A DNA stretch of 64,000 nt from an uncultured virus (IMG/VR IMGVR_UViG_2061766007_000514). Lineage: Duplodnaviria > Heunggongvirae > Uroviricota > Caudoviricetes. The translations under genes were made by a program, and so were the position numbers. This document shows, one piece after another, positions 30,332 through 43,200 of this stretch. The stretch lies in IMG/VR virus record IMGVR_UViG_2061766007_000514; one strand, 5' to 3'. How positions within the stretch are numbered: the first letter of the stretch is position 1; every line of letters starts with the position of its first letter. Under the pieces are notes generated by a model, which saw only the letters and a list, made by a program, of their open reading frames with translations, made no database searches and had not been told where the DNA came from.

Positions 30332-30731
30332 CCTTATCAAGTAACCAAAAGAACTTATGATACCGATCGTAAAACATATCTTTGCAGCACGCCATCCCAT
30401 TCATTCTTAAGATATCATATGACATACCGGTAGTTACTGATTGAAATATAAATAATCCGAGATAATCATCCGAATTATTAGCAGTATGTTCTACCATTTC
30501 CATCAGTTCTTTTAATACCACTTTTCTTAAAGCTATTTTTTCAATAAAATATCCATCCAATGATTTGCTGTTCGGATGTACAACACTCTTGGATGGAGGG
30601 AGATTCTGTATTTTATTGTATTCCCGTTTCCATTCAGGATACTGTAGGCAGAAGTGCTTCAATTCTAAATATCTATGCTTACTAATATACCATTTACTAT
30701 TTTTAGATAATTCATTACGATTCCGTCCCAT
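30321..30731 (-). CDS. putative transcriptional regulator (ArpU/RinA-like)
   Basis: RYLELKHFCLQYPEWK...FYDRYHKFFWLL. Confidence 0.5.
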   Translation of the reverse strand: MGRNRNELSKNSKWYISKHRYLELKHFCLQYPEWKREYNKIQNLPPSKSVVHPNSKSLDGYFIEKIALRKVVLKELMEMVEHTANNSDDYLGLFIFQSVTTGMSYDILRMNGMACCKDMFYDRYHKFFWLLDKARN

Positions 30732-30733
30732 AA

Positions 30734-30961
30734 TTACGACCTCCTCACACCGAGAATGTCGCAGATTTCACTTAAGCCGATCTTGTAATGAAATATCAAT
30801 CGACGAAATTCAGATAAAGTAAATGAACCGGGATTTTTCAATCTCCTGTACCATGTTGCATGAGAAATCTTTGCTATCCTTGCTTGATCATCCGGAGTGT
30901 GAGAATAATACGCAGCAACTCCTTTTAATGTTTTTAACAAATTCAGGTCTTCTTTTTGCAT
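30734..30961 (-). CDS. small HTH protein (Cro/repressor-like), divergent from integrase
   Basis: QARIAKISHATWYRRLKNPGSFTLSE. Confidence 0.6.
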   Translation of the reverse strand: MQKEDLNLLKTLKGVAAYYSHTPDDQARIAKISHATWYRRLKNPGSFTLSEFRRLIFHYKIGLSEICDILGVRRS

Positions 30962-31091
30962 AATGCTTTCCTCCTATTTTTGGTAATAGCAAGATAGCAC
31001 GCCATATGGTGAAATGAATCCTGAACTTTGTCGAAGGTATTTACATAGAAATATCTTTCTGCTATAGTAAAGGCCGTAAGGAGGCGAAAAT

Positions 31092-32153
31092 ATGAAACCC
31101 ACGCAACTCAAATCAGGTGCGTGGAGAGTGAAAGTTTTTATCGGTAAAGACGAACAAGGAAAGAAAAAATTCCTCAGCATCACACGCTCAACAAAAAATG
31201 AATGCCTGCGGGACGCTGCAGACATTGCAATCCATCACCATGAAATTGCACGAGATCACCGTAACATGACCCTCGGCGAAGCAATCGACGACTACTTAGA
31301 ATCTAGGTCAAATATCTTATCGCCGTCAACCATTCGTGGATATGACTACGTTAGAAGACTCACACTGCAGAATATCATGGATATGCGGCTCGGTTCCATC
31401 ACCTCAAATGTAGCTCAAAGAGAGATAAATCTTGAAGCGAAGACCAAATCACCTAAAACGGTCTCAAATATCTATGGCGTTCTAAGCGTAATCATGCATG
31501 TCTACTGCGATACTGACCTTAACATAAAACTCCCTTCAAAACAGAAAAAAGATTATACAATCTTAACTGAAGATCAGATTAAGCAGCTAATCAAGAGTAT
31601 TCAGGGACATCCATGCGAAATACCGGTTCTGCTGGGTCTTATGCTAGGACTTCGAAGAGGAGAAATTCTTGGTTTACGGCCTGAAGATTATGATGCGAAA
31701 AATAAAAGGATAAGTATTCGCCGCGTAATGGTCGAAGATAAGCACTCGCACTTCATTGAAAAACCAACTCCGAAAACGTATACTTCGAACAGGGATCTTA
31801 TCGTGCCAGAATATCTCGCAAAATGCATTGAGAATGCACTCGCCAATGGACGTTCGCTAAACGAGTATAGTGCTGCTAGAATTAGTAAAGTCCTTGGCAC
31901 TATCTGCGAACGAAACGGCATACCTAAAGTGACTTTGCACGATTTGCGACGCCAAAACGCATCTGTCATGCTTGCACTTGGAATCTCTGATAAGTATGCA
32001 ATGGAACGGGGTGGCTGGTCAACGCCAAATATCATGAAGTCGGTTTACCAGATGACAATGAGCGATAAAAGACTCAATGCTGATAAAGCGATTAACAACT
32101 ATTTCGAGACGTTAGCGGGTTCTGTTTCCACAAAAGTTACCACGAATGAATAA
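31092..32153 (+). CDS. int: tyrosine integrase
   Basis: Arm-binding N-terminus (GAWRVKV), GLRRGE, LHDLRR, GGW, catalytic Tyr in SVY. Confidence 0.92.
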   Translation: MKPTQLKSGAWRVKVFIGKDEQGKKKFLSITRSTKNECLRDAADIAIHHHEIARDHRNMTLGEAIDDYLESRSNILSPSTIRGYDYVRRLTLQNIMDMRLGSITSNVAQREINLEAKTKSPKTVSNIYGVLSVIMHVYCDTDLNIKLPSKQKKDYTILTEDQIKQLIKSIQGHPCEIPVLLGLMLGLRRGEILGLRPEDYDAKNKRISIRRVMVEDKHSHFIEKPTPKTYTSNRDLIVPEYLAKCIENALANGRSLNEYSAARISKVLGTICERNGIPKVTLHDLRRQNASVMLALGISDKYAMERGGWSTPNIMKSVYQMTMSDKRLNADKAINNYFETLAGSVSTKVTTNE

Positions 32154-32362
32154 AAGTATAGAAATATCAATACATTCCAGCGTTTTCTAGTGGGTTCAAA
32201 TCCCGCCACTCGGACCAAACAGGGAATGCCGTGGAATGACGATTCTGCGGCATTTTCTAGTAATATCAATACTTTCCTGTCTTTCACTGATAAGATACCT
32301 CTCCCACATTTGATAGCTAAATCTCAGTAATAATAGGAAAAGTTTCCACGAAAGTTACCACG
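32124..32362 (+). mobile_element. attP: tRNA-Pro 3'-end core (32190-32217) flanked by arm-type repeats
   Basis: GTGGGTTCAAATCCCGCCACTCGGACCA; GTTTCCACRAAAGTTACCACG at 32124 and 32342; AATATCAATACWTTCC at 32163 and 32262. Confidence 0.8.
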
Positions 32363-32373
32363 GCAAAAATTAA

Positions 32374-32426
32374 GACCACCTGCATTTTGAGCGTTTAAGC
32401 CCTTGTGCAGGTGGTTCTTTTTTTTT
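32374..32426. terminator. probable bidirectional terminator between integrase/attP and tail operon
   Basis: ACCACCTGCA/TGCAGGTGGT stem with T-tract on the + side and A-rich flank on the other. Confidence 0.55.
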
Positions 32427-33866
32427 ACACAGGTACACAGTAGTCGATTAAATATCTAACGTTAGTCATATAATTGTTTGGCATTACTTTCCAATGTCCG
32501 CCAGAGTTGGTAACATTGTTAACAAAGAATATAGTTCCATCTGCAAACGACATAGTAGTCAATGCATTTGTAGTACCATATTCATATACATTAGTTTGCA
32601 CAGCTAAAGTACTGCGTAAATATATTCGATTTTGAGCAATATAAGTTGTATCAGTAGGATAAGTCCATTTACCAGGATAAGCATATTGTCCCAGTTCATA
32701 CAATGTATTACCTACTGTTCCAGCTCCTGATCCACCGCTTCTAGCATCGACCCACGGAATTGAAGAAATAGTATATTGGTGCATAACACCATTGATGTTC
32801 AAATATATTGTATCCGTACTATAGCTGCCAGCATAATATACCTGACCACCTAGTTGACCAGTAATAGTCGTCATTAAGGTAAATGCATTGTTAGAAAAGT
32901 TAAATCGCCAGATATAAGTATTTTGCCCACCAGTCATCCATATTTTAAGATAAATGAGATTATTCGAGGCATCGATAAATAATGGTTTATACTGTAATTT
33001 AGTTTGATATTCTCCATAATGAGGATTAGATACGACCGGATTTTCTCCTTGTAATAAATCCGATGAGATAGATACATGTGTTGCAGCTATAGGAGAACCA
33101 GACGAAGATGTGTTTGCATCTGCTATACTCAACCAGTATGCTTTAGCCGATGTATGGCCAATAAAATATGCTTTTCCATCACCTTTACCAAACGCACTTG
33201 ATCCTACCCCTGTTACTGGATAGGCTACTCCACTTNNNNNNNNNNNNNNNNNACAAGATTATTCATAGTGCTTAATGTGTATCTTGATGCATTTAGATAA
33301 TATGTCCAATAAGCGCCATAATCATCATAAGAATAATATACCAGTGTATTTCCACAATATAAGTTAGTTGTGTCAGATCCCAGATAAGTAGTGAGACTTG
33401 TGTGATGGTCTTCATATTGCACTGGTGTATAGATAGTTAAAGAAGCACCAGTAGAAATATTTTTCCATGTTGTATGTGGATCAATATATTGCGTGCCTGC
33501 TGTATAAGTGATAGATACTTTACCATCAAAAGTTTGATGTGCAGGTTTATCCCCTGAACCATTCAATATAAAACTCGGTTTACTTGTATCAACATGCAGT
33601 TTATATTGCTTATTATCAGTAGACCATACCTGTCCAGTGATCAGCTTATCAAATGCCTCATTAACTGTTCGATCAGTTGTGTTCCCGAATAATTTTTGTG
33701 ATGTCGCATCCGATAAAAAAGTAGACTTATTCAGCGGAGTACCAGCTTCAGTGGGAGTATCCGCCATTGTAATCTTATAGTATTTTGGCGTCGAACTATA
33801 CTGATTATCACCAATTTCCTCATATAATGCAATACGACCAGGTTTTGTCGCTTGTCGATCTTTCAT
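32425..33866 (-). CDS. tail fibre / receptor-binding protein
   Basis: N-terminal MKDR..PGR...AGTPLNK tail motif; Y/T/G-rich; frame open from the N gap through 33132. Confidence 0.6.
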
Positions 33867-33868
33867 AG

Positions 33869-34459
33869 TTACATCACCCCCATATGAATCTCAAAGCCTC
33901 CGCAAGTAATTGGAGCAGTAGCACTCGTCGCTGTACCATATACAGTCCCACAATGCGTCGGGTCTAAAGAAAGAATATAATTAATTAAATATGTATGAAT
34001 AGCTAAGATAGCTTTTTCAATATTATTGGCCGTACTTAATGAAATACCATCATAGATCTGCGTAATTGTAGGTATCGTTCCTCCGATATGCATTTCAGCA
34101 TACCATTTATCTCGTACTCTAATAATATTATCAATATATGCCGTTAACTGCGCTTGTGTAGGGTCAGCAATACTTCCCCAATTAGTAGCCATCGTCACAT
34201 AGTCAGGTGTTATCGTACTGTAATAATCACGCATTAAAGCAACAAAAGTATTACAGTACGTTGCTACACGATTACGATCTTCTGGATTATATGCACCTTT
34301 TTGAGGCGTTGTAGCCATTACCTTTTGAGCAGCAGTCATAGCATCATAAGCGATTAATCCAATAGCTTTTAAATTATTTACATCGGTAGTAGTACGATCA
34401 ATTATCATTTGCTGACTTAAAGTGGTAAGCTGATCTATCATTTCCTGTTTTGTAGGCAT
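33869..34459 (-). CDS. minor tail protein
   Basis: IIDRT..DV, KGAYN..DRNRV, ANNIEK; position in tail operon. Confidence 0.6.
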   Translation of the reverse strand: MPTKQEMIDQLTTLSQQMIIDRTTTDVNNLKAIGLIAYDAMTAAQKVMATTPQKGAYNPEDRNRVATYCNTFVALMRDYYSTITPDYVTMATNWGSIADPTQAQLTAYIDNIIRVRDKWYAEMHIGGTIPTITQIYDGISLSTANNIEKAILAIHTYLINYILSLDPTHCGTVYGTATSATAPITCGGFEIHMGVM

Positions 34460-34475
34460 TTAATCAACCTCCATT

Positions 34476-36710
34476 TTANNNNNNNNNNNNNATTGCACAA
34501 CCTCCGGTAGCCTTGACACCTACCGTAGGTTCAGTGACAGACGCAAATGCATATTCTGTTTCTGGTGTATAATGCCCTCCAAAACCACCGGCACCACCAT
34601 CACCGCTTCCAGGTTGCGGATAATAGCTTCCAGTACGTCCAAAACGTTTTCCAGAAATAGGTTCAACAATGCCTGCAGCTGTTTCTGGAAATTCCCCGCT
34701 TGAAGTACTATATGTGGTTCCGTTAATCGTTACTTTAGTATTATAATGCAAATCATCAATAGAAGCTGTTGTATCATCATCTCTTACATATCGAGGATAG
34801 TATTCCCATGGATCATATATAAGTCTTGCCGTTGGCTTAGGTTCAGCTGGCTTACCAATTTCAAATGTCAATTTTTGTCCACGACGGACACGTGGGTCAG
34901 TCCCTGCAATCTCAACTTGTAAATATCTACCACCCATTCCACTACGACCACGTGCGCCATCATTTTCACCATAATTATCATCTTCAATTGCCCAGCCACC
35001 ATGACCACCGGTAGCACCAGACGCAACAATTATGATTTTGATTTGACCATAGCCCTGTGAATCAACTTCAATATTGCCTGGTACGGTCCAATCTCCATCT
35101 TCGGTAATAATTTCAAAGCTATCATAATCAGCAATACGATCAACGCATAATAGCACGGTCTTGCACGACTTCATCACATGATCAGTAATTTGAATAGTCT
35201 GTTCTGTTACTCGTGCTGGGATAAAAGCACCTTTTGAGAGTTCGACAAATACGTAGTCTCCTACTTCTTGAGCCGGATTACCTCTACCTACTGTTTCAAG
35301 TAAATTTCCGCCATAATAGTTTAGTGCATATCCTGCTAAAGTAGTAGCTGCATCTTCATTTTTAATAAATGGATTCTCAATAGCAATTGCATTAGGTGAC
35401 GATTGTGAATTACCAGCAATAGTCCATTCGGATGAACCTTTTATACTGATCATAGAAATATCGTCATTCGCTTTAATAATAGGATACTGCTCTAAATCAT
35501 CTAAGACTAAATTAACTGCCTCATTTTGCGTCGATTGTCCGAGACGGTCAAATCTTCCGACATAAAGCTTACCATTACCAACAGCACGAGGCCAAGTTTG
35601 AGTAGCTTGACATACCCATTGGAGTACTTCACCACAAGTTTTATCTTTTAAATTACCTTTTGTAGTCGTCAGTGCCATACTTGAATATGCAGATGGTATT
35701 TCGTACATATTTGCAAAACCTGAGCCAAGGCAATTTAAGATCGATCTAACCCAGGTAGACAATGTTGTGGGTAATGTACCTGGTATCGTATATGGCTTTT
35801 CAACAATTAAACCAATCAAATCAACGAGATTCCAAGTCATGCTTAAAGCACTATTTCCAGTTTTCCAACCACCAGAATAATGATAAAAACGTCCAATCTG
35901 ATACCAATTATCTGAATCATTAGCACATACAAAAAAATCTAACGGCTGTCGTTCCTCAAGTGATTCAAACATACCAGACTTATTTGTCGGATCAAAAATC
36001 AACTGACTGTTATCTAAAGCGACACTACAAGTAGTATACGGGAGAGAAAATGCAGTAAATGAACTCTGCTGTTGTATGCTAAACGAAGCAAACATATCAT
36101 CCAACCATTCATCGTGCATACCCAACCATATTTCAGGTATTCGCATTCGTTTATATGGTAAACTCCACTTAGTAACGGTTAATCGAACCGATGTGGGCTG
36201 ATATACAGTGAAACCCATGATAAAAAGATCAGGTTTTCTGTTGTTTGTAATCGTTTCTGAATAAGCCGGGGTCGTTTCTCCAGTTCGAAGAATATCCAGA
36301 GTAAAATTGACAGCATATCCATCGTATTGATTATTAGGGAAATATAAATGGACTGCCTGCAGTACATCTACTCCAGTAAATGACATCTCTACAGACAATC
36401 CACTATGCTGTCCCGTATTACTAAATCTTTCTGACGTTTCATAGCCAGACTGATTAGATAAAGTTAACCGATCATAAGACTTAAACGTACTACCAATCAG
36501 CCACCTATTTCGTTCAGATGTGATCGCAGGAGTTCCTAAAGTAATGTTTTCGTTATAAACTTGAGCTGAATTTGAATTTGGTGACTGAGTACTTCCAGTA
36601 ACGTCTCCATATCGTACATTTACAGGAGTAATATCAAGGATAGCTTTTAATGCAATCTTCCTTGATTGAGCGGTAACAGCTTCTTTAAACGCCGCATTAA
36701 CGTTAATCAT
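34476..36710 (-). CDS. tail tip / baseplate hub protein
   Basis: ~745 aa; GRGNPAQEVGD motif; Gly-rich C-terminus. Confidence 0.65.
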   Translation of the reverse strand: MINVNAAFKEAVTAQSRKIALKAILDITPVNVRYGDVTGSTQSPNSNSAQVYNENITLGTPAITSERNRWLIGSTFKSYDRLTLSNQSGYETSERFSNTGQHSGLSVEMSFTGVDVLQAVHLYFPNNQYDGYAVNFTLDILRTGETTPAYSETITNNRKPDLFIMGFTVYQPTSVRLTVTKWSLPYKRMRIPEIWLGMHDEWLDDMFASFSIQQQSSFTAFSLPYTTCSVALDNSQLIFDPTNKSGMFESLEERQPLDFFVCANDSDNWYQIGRFYHYSGGWKTGNSALSMTWNLVDLIGLIVEKPYTIPGTLPTTLSTWVRSILNCLGSGFANMYEIPSAYSSMALTTTKGNLKDKTCGEVLQWVCQATQTWPRAVGNGKLYVGRFDRLGQSTQNEAVNLVLDDLEQYPIIKANDDISMISIKGSSEWTIAGNSQSSPNAIAIENPFIKNEDAATTLAGYALNYYGGNLLETVGRGNPAQEVGDYVFVELSKGAFIPARVTEQTIQITDHVMKSCKTVLLCVDRIADYDSFEIITEDGDWTVPGNIEVDSQGYGQIKIIIVASGATGGHGGWAIEDDNYGENDGARGRSGMGGRYLQVEIAGTDPRVRRGQKLTFEIGKPAEPKPTARLIYDPWEYYPRYVRDDDTTASIDDLHYNTKVTINGTTYSTSSGEFPETAAGIVEPISGKRFGRTGSYYPQPGSGDGGAGGFGGHYTPETEYAFASVTEPTVGVKATGGCAXXXXX

Positions 36711-37173
36711 GCGGAGATACCTCCCGTAACGTGAATTCGAGACCATGCCAGAAATTCATTCGTATATTTCCATCACTATCAACGGCTTGAAATGCTAATT
36801 TGGGCGATGTAAGGCTATCACAAATGAACATTCCAGTTCTCATATTATCACCGTCGTCAGGTAAATACTGCACAATAAAAGCTTGACTAGAGCGAAGATA
36901 CCGTGCAATTTTTCTCCATGTAGTATTGTCCATTGCATCGTAACTATAACGTATTTTCTGAACTTTACCACGAACTTCCCAAACCACACGTCCGGAGATC
37001 ATTTCAAGTTTACTGCCAATCTCTTCCGGATAACTTTCGTATTTGTCATTAGAAGTACAAGGGAGTGCAACAGAATCTGCGCCTTCTCCAAAAACAAGCT
37101 GAGGATGATCAACCAGCACGCTAGCATTAGTAACGTTTACAATTGTTTCAGCTCGTCTATTAACGTTAGGCAT
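36703..37173 (-). CDS. distal tail-like protein
   Basis: Follows the tape measure; MISGRVVWEVRG, FTLREV. Confidence 0.55.
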   Translation of the reverse strand: MPNVNRRAETIVNVTNASVLVDHPQLVFGEGADSVALPCTSNDKYESYPEEIGSKLEMISGRVVWEVRGKVQKIRYSYDAMDNTTWRKIARYLRSSQAFIVQYLPDDGDNMRTGMFICDSLTSPKLAFQAVDSDGNIRMNFWHGLEFTLREVSPHD

Positions 37174-37237
37174 CTTTCGCTCCTTTCTTTAAAACTAGGG
37201 GAAGAGTTAATAAATATAGCTCTTCCCCATTAACGTG

Positions 37238-40200
37238 TTAGAATGTAGTTTTTGGTGAGTAGAATGGAGTACCATTGGCACGACTGGCAAGCATATAATC
37301 TTTAAGTGTAGCACGTGCCAGAGTAAAACCATCAACATTAACATCGACGTAGAGGTCATTTTGAGCATGTGCTTCGACGATATCGCGAAGATCATCAAGA
37401 GACATGTTAAGTCCCTCAATACGATTACCAATGCTTTCAACAAGTGCATCAGTCATCGCCTTCTGCTTTGCAATGCGAGCATCTTCGCCATCAGCAAATG
37501 CTTTAGCTGCCATAGTATAAGAACCAGACAAATCAAGGAAATCACTTCCAAGTTTACTAGCATTTTCATACACACCAGACAGATCCAGCACAGGAGAAAT
37601 TGTCGGCGCAACATCAAGATCACTCTGAAGAACCTGATCAATCTTAGTTACTATGGTCTCCGCAGATTCCTGAGCTTCAGTCAACGCAGCATCCGTCAAC
37701 TTATGCACACACGAGATAACGAAGGGGATTAGATTCACGATGCCAAGTCCGAAACCTTCAGAGAAATATTCACCAAATTGTTCAGTAACTTTAGAAGGTG
37801 AATTTATTTCTAGTGGATCTGCGATTGCATCAGCAACTTGACCACTTAAGTCTTGAACTGCGTCAATAGCCTTACCAGCTGCATTTCGAACCCCATCGCC
37901 AAAACCTTCAGGTACATATTCTCCTAGATTGCTGAAAATATCACCAATACCGCCGCTATTAACTTGGCCAACTATATTTCCAACGAGGTTACTTAAACCA
38001 AGCGACTGCGCAAGATCACCATTCAATATACCAGATATGAAACCTTTAAAACCATTAACGGTTCCTTCGCCAAGGCCTTCGCCAATGGCTTCACCACTTG
38101 TCACGCCAGCACTATATAATTGAGGTTTAGCTTCCTCAATTATCTGTACAATTCCGTTCATACTTTCATTAATATCAGCAAGAACCTCATTATCACGAAG
38201 CGGTGCGAAAAGATCAACATCATCAAGGATAATCTCACTTGCATGCGGAGCCTTATCAAGTGCTTCTTGAATAATCTGCATAACAGGATTATTTTCAGGC
38301 ACTGTCAGATAATCAGCAATTTGCTCTTCGGACATGTTCTTGATGCGGTCCATAGCACGTGTATACGAAGGTACATACTGCTGGAAGCCAACTTGCTCAG
38401 ATGCTAAATTAACGAGTGTGAGATAAGTATCACGATAAGCTTGCTCCGCATCCATAGCCGCTTTAGAATCTTTACCGAATTTCTGAATTGAAGCATTTAA
38501 TTGATCCTGTGCGGCTGCAGCGCGTTCTGCAGCAAGAGCAATTTCTTCACGATTCTTAAGAATATCATGAACCATCTGATCATCGTCCGAAGCATTTGCG
38601 TTGGCAGCCTGCCAAATACTATCTCTAAAGTCAAGAGTAGAGGCACGAAGGTCAACAGAATCAAATACTTTCTGGAATGCAGCCACAATGTTCTCTGCTT
38701 TCTTAGCCGCAACTTCTTCTGCTGTCATATCAGAGGTGATGCCATAAGCAATACCTCTAATTATCATAGCACCAGCATCATTGTACTCAATTTTCGGTTC
38801 TGCTACCGTCGAAGCCAATGCATCATAATAGGACTTCTGAGTTTTAATGAACTCAATTTGCGCCTGGTTATACTCATTTGCGGCTTCAATGTACTGATCG
38901 GAACCCTCGTCGAAAGTGAGTTTCACCGTCTGGAATTTAGCAGCAGCAATCCGGAGTTTCTTTTCGCCAAGATCCATTTCCTTCTTAAGTTTATCAACCT
39001 GACGATGAACGCGATCGGCAGAAGACTCATGAATTGTGCTAACTTCCATGAGTTCGAAGTTAACCTGATTTGTCTTAATTTCAGTCTCAATACGATCGAA
39101 TTCTGTCTTGAAAGCGTTTACAATGTTTTCAGCTTTCTTTGCTGCTGCTTCTTCAGCAGACATGTTATCGGTAATACCATCAGCAAGACCCTCAACAATA
39201 TATCTACCGACTTCATCACGCATGACTTTCGAAGGAGATTGGATCTTGAGCTCATACTGAAATGTTGCGGTGATGGAATGAGCCATAGCAATCATGCTAT
39301 TTCTGACTTCATCCCAGGCATGATCCATACCCTTCTGAATACCCGTTACAATCCAGGCACCAGTTTTTGTTAGACGGCTAAGCAGATTAGCAGACTGTAT
39401 AGCATCGACAAGAATATCAATGTATTCACCAGCTAAAGTATCATAAGTGTTTCTTGCAGCAGCCTTAAGAACAATACCAAACGCGTCAGCCACTGTCTCN
39501 NNNNNNNNNNNNNNNNNNNNNNNGTAAGCTAAGTATAGAAGTAGCCGCATTATTCATCAAAGACTGAGCATCTTCGCTCTCGAACATACCAGCAAATGCT
39601 GTTAAGCCATTTTGTGCTAGATCAATTAGTCCCTGTGTAAATGCATACACGCCATCTGAAGTAACGGACTTCATTAAACCGGCTAATGTTACAAGTTTGT
39701 TAATGTTTGTTATAGCATAAGTAACAGAATCCCAGTTAACATCGCTCACAGTAATACCAAATGTTTTGATTGATTCTCCGAGTTGAGAAATTCTAGCACC
39801 AAATTTATCTAAAGTATCTTTAGTACCGATGCCAAGAAAACCCTTTNNNNNNNNNNNNNNNNNNNNNNCTACACTAACGAGTTCGTTAGCTAATGCTGTG
39901 CCGGCAGATATTCTAGTTTCATCGATTCCCATGGTCCATGCATAATAAGAATGAAGGCCAAGACCCAATGCCTCAAGATTACCTCCAAAATCACTTAAGG
40001 TATCTTTAGCTCCGAACCATTTCTCAAGCTTACCACCACGTGGCGGCAATTTACTATTTAATCCGGCTAAGGTTTCTGCTACTCCAACAGCAGCTTTGGT
40101 AGACTCGTCGCCAGCAGTAAATCCACCTGTATTTAATTTATTTTGAAAATCAACAAGACCCTGTGCTAACCAAGGTAATTCTGTTGCCCAATTACTTAAG

Positions 40201-43200
40201 TCCTTACTGCCTAACCAAGCCTGAAGAACTCCTCCGACGCCTGGTAAATGATTGTTAAGTGCAGCTAATGCCTCGCCAGCATTTGCAGCAGATTTAACCA
40301 ACCCTTCATCAAATGTAAAGCCTTCTTGTGTAAGAATCTGCTGAAATCGAACAATACCGTGAGCAAACCAAACGATTCCCGTAGCGAATTCTTTCATATC
40401 CCCGGCTTCGCCAGTAAACCACTGAACTACTCCACCAGTTTTTGGTAATGCATCTTGCAACTCTGCCATTAACATTCCAGCAGACTTCGCAGCTTTAATT
40501 TGTTCTTCATTAATCGTAATACCATCTAATGCATTACAAAGTTCTTTAATACCAGTTCCAAATGGGCCTATCCCTTCTGCAAAAGTCTTTAGATCTTCTT
40601 TATCACCAAGTATAAGTCCTGCTAATCCACCACTTCGAGGCATAGCATTTAGTAATTCACCAAAGCTAGCCATTGCTGTTGCTGCATTTTGTACATTTGA
40701 AAGATCTACACCAGCCAACATTTCAGATGCAGCAATGAGATGGGGCACGAATGCTTCAAATTGCTTACCAAATTCGGTCAAACTCTGGGCCCCACCAAGA
40801 ATATCATTAAGACTTTCGAGAATGTTAGCAGTAGCAAATTCCTTAAGAGCATGAATAAGATCCATAANNNNNNNNNNNNNNNNNNNNNNNNNNNTACCTT
40901 CTCCAAACTCTGTAATTGCAGTCTTAGCTGCACCACCCAGAATTCCACCAATAATATTACCAACAAAATTTCCGAGAGCCTTACCCAGATCCTCTAACAA
41001 TTTAGCTCCTCGTTCAAAGTTGGCAATGCCATTATCGCCAGAAAATATAAGTCCTATTGCACCTATAGCTGCAGACAACAGGATAAGAACTGCACTAAGT
41101 CCAGCGGCCCCAATAATTGCTTCCGTAGCAAGTGCTCCGAGAATTCCGAGAACTCCAAATAATATTGTAAATTCAANNNNNNNNNNNNNNNNNNNNNNNN
41201 NNNNNNNNAAGTCATTCCTCCAATAAGACCTAATATTGCAAATATAGCAAGTGCGCCAGCTATAACTAAGCCAAGAGTCTCAAACTGTTTAAGGATCTGA
41301 ACACCATTAGAAAAGAATTCTTTACCAGCTGCAGAAGAAAATATCAAGCCAATGATGCCAACTGTAGCAGATAAAGCTAACATTGCTACACCAAGACTGG
41401 CTGCATTGACTATTGCACTTGAGGAATCGATTTTAATCTTACCAAGAAGAATAAATAAAGCAGCAGCACCGGCCATAACTAAACCAATAGTCTCAAACTG
41501 CTTAAGAATCTGAATACCATTAGAAAAGAATTCTTTACCAGCTGCCGATGAGAATATAACACCAATTCCACCAACAGTTACAGCAATAATCACGAGAGAG
41601 GCACATATAGCAGCTACAGCTTTAACAGCTTGTTTTGCGCCATCAGCACGACTGGTTACACTGGTTATTATTTTGACAGCTCCTGCAATTGCCAATATGA
41701 CAGCACTAAGACCAGCTGTAGCCGCTATGATCTCAGTCCATTTCATGCCAATTCCAAGAACAGCAATAGCACCTGTCATGATCGCTAAAGCTAATGACAT
41801 TGACAATATAATGCCAGCAGCCTTTTGAGCATTTTTAGATGAGTGCACGACTAATGCCATTAAAAGCATTAAACCACCAATAGCGGCACCGCCCTTAGCA
41901 ATACCTTCCCATTCCATTTTGCTCATCAGCTTCATACATAAAGCTATGGCGCCAATAGCAATAGCCATTGCTATAAATGACCCACCAAGTTTTGCTATTT
42001 TCTGTTCTTTGTCAAGTTTTGGTGTGGCTTTAATCATAAGCGTCATCATGCTCATGATAACAATGATACCAGTAGCACCTTTACCAATTGATCCCCAATC
42101 CATCTTACCTAGACGTTGCATTTCTTCGCCAATAATAAATACTCCGCCTAACATGAGTAAGAAGCCTGCGCCAGTACCAAATGCTCCTTTTCCCTTAAGA
42201 CTAAGACCACTCGCTGCTTTAGCTAATAATTTCAAATACACGAACAAAACAAGAAATTGAGGTAAAATACGTAATAACGATCCTGGTTCAACCTCTTGTA
42301 ACTTTTCAAGCGCCTTGACCATTAGAGACAAGCTAGCGATCATAAGCACCATACTAGCACCGCCGCCTTTTCCGGCGATACGAGCAACACCTGCTAAAGC
42401 AAATAATGCTAATAATACTGGAGTTAACTTTTGAATTGTTAAGACCATTTGTTCTGCGTCTAATGCATCAATTGCCTTTAGTACTTTAGCCAGAACAAAC
42501 ATAGCCGTAGCTATTACCATTAAGGTCTTGCCACCCTTGCCAAGCAAAGAATGCATCTTACCGAGAACAAAGACAGTACCTAAAAACTCAACTATTAAAA
42601 TAGCAAACGCTTTTAATTTGTCGTTTATACCACTAATATCTGTCTTACCAATAATATAGAATGCTGCTGCAATAGTAGCTAAAGCAACACCTAAACGTAT
42701 AAATGTATTTGAAATAGCAACCAATGCAATTTGACTATCTTTCGCCATGATCGATTTAGACAAAAGTGTAATTAAGCCAACAGCAATAAGTAACGAACCT
42801 AATACGGCTATTAAAACACTAGCACCACGTAATAAACCTTCTCGGTCTTGTTTTGCTAGTATTACGAGAGCCGCTGTTAAAGCAGTAATTGCTGCTGCTA
42901 AAGCTGCTATAGGACTCGTATTAGCTATTTTACTTGTTATCTTCTTAACAAACCCGCTAATACTAGTGCTAAGTGTCGTTAAACTTTCCAAGAACTTTGA
43001 AATATTTGCAATCATTGTAACAAGCGCAATACTGAAAGCAAATATCAAAACACGTCCAGGTGTTAAACCTTTGCCAAAATCTATTAATGCATCTTTTACT
43101 TTCTTAAGAAGTTCAGGAAGATCTTTTGATTTTTCCTTAATAGTCTTAAGAAATTCACCAAAACCGGTACCTTCTAAGTTGATTTTGAAAGTATTAATCA

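Noticed and set aside
32190..32217. Third complete tRNA gene
   Set aside because: Only the T-arm and 3' acceptor strand are present; context indicates an attP core
32425..33866. Diversity-generating retroelement target in the tail fibre
   Set aside because: No reverse transcriptase and no TR/VR repeat pair seen in the window
41270..41550. ~70-nt direct repeat (AAGKEFFSNGxQILKQFET) in the tape measure
   Set aside because: Ordinary in-frame internal repeat of a tape measure protein
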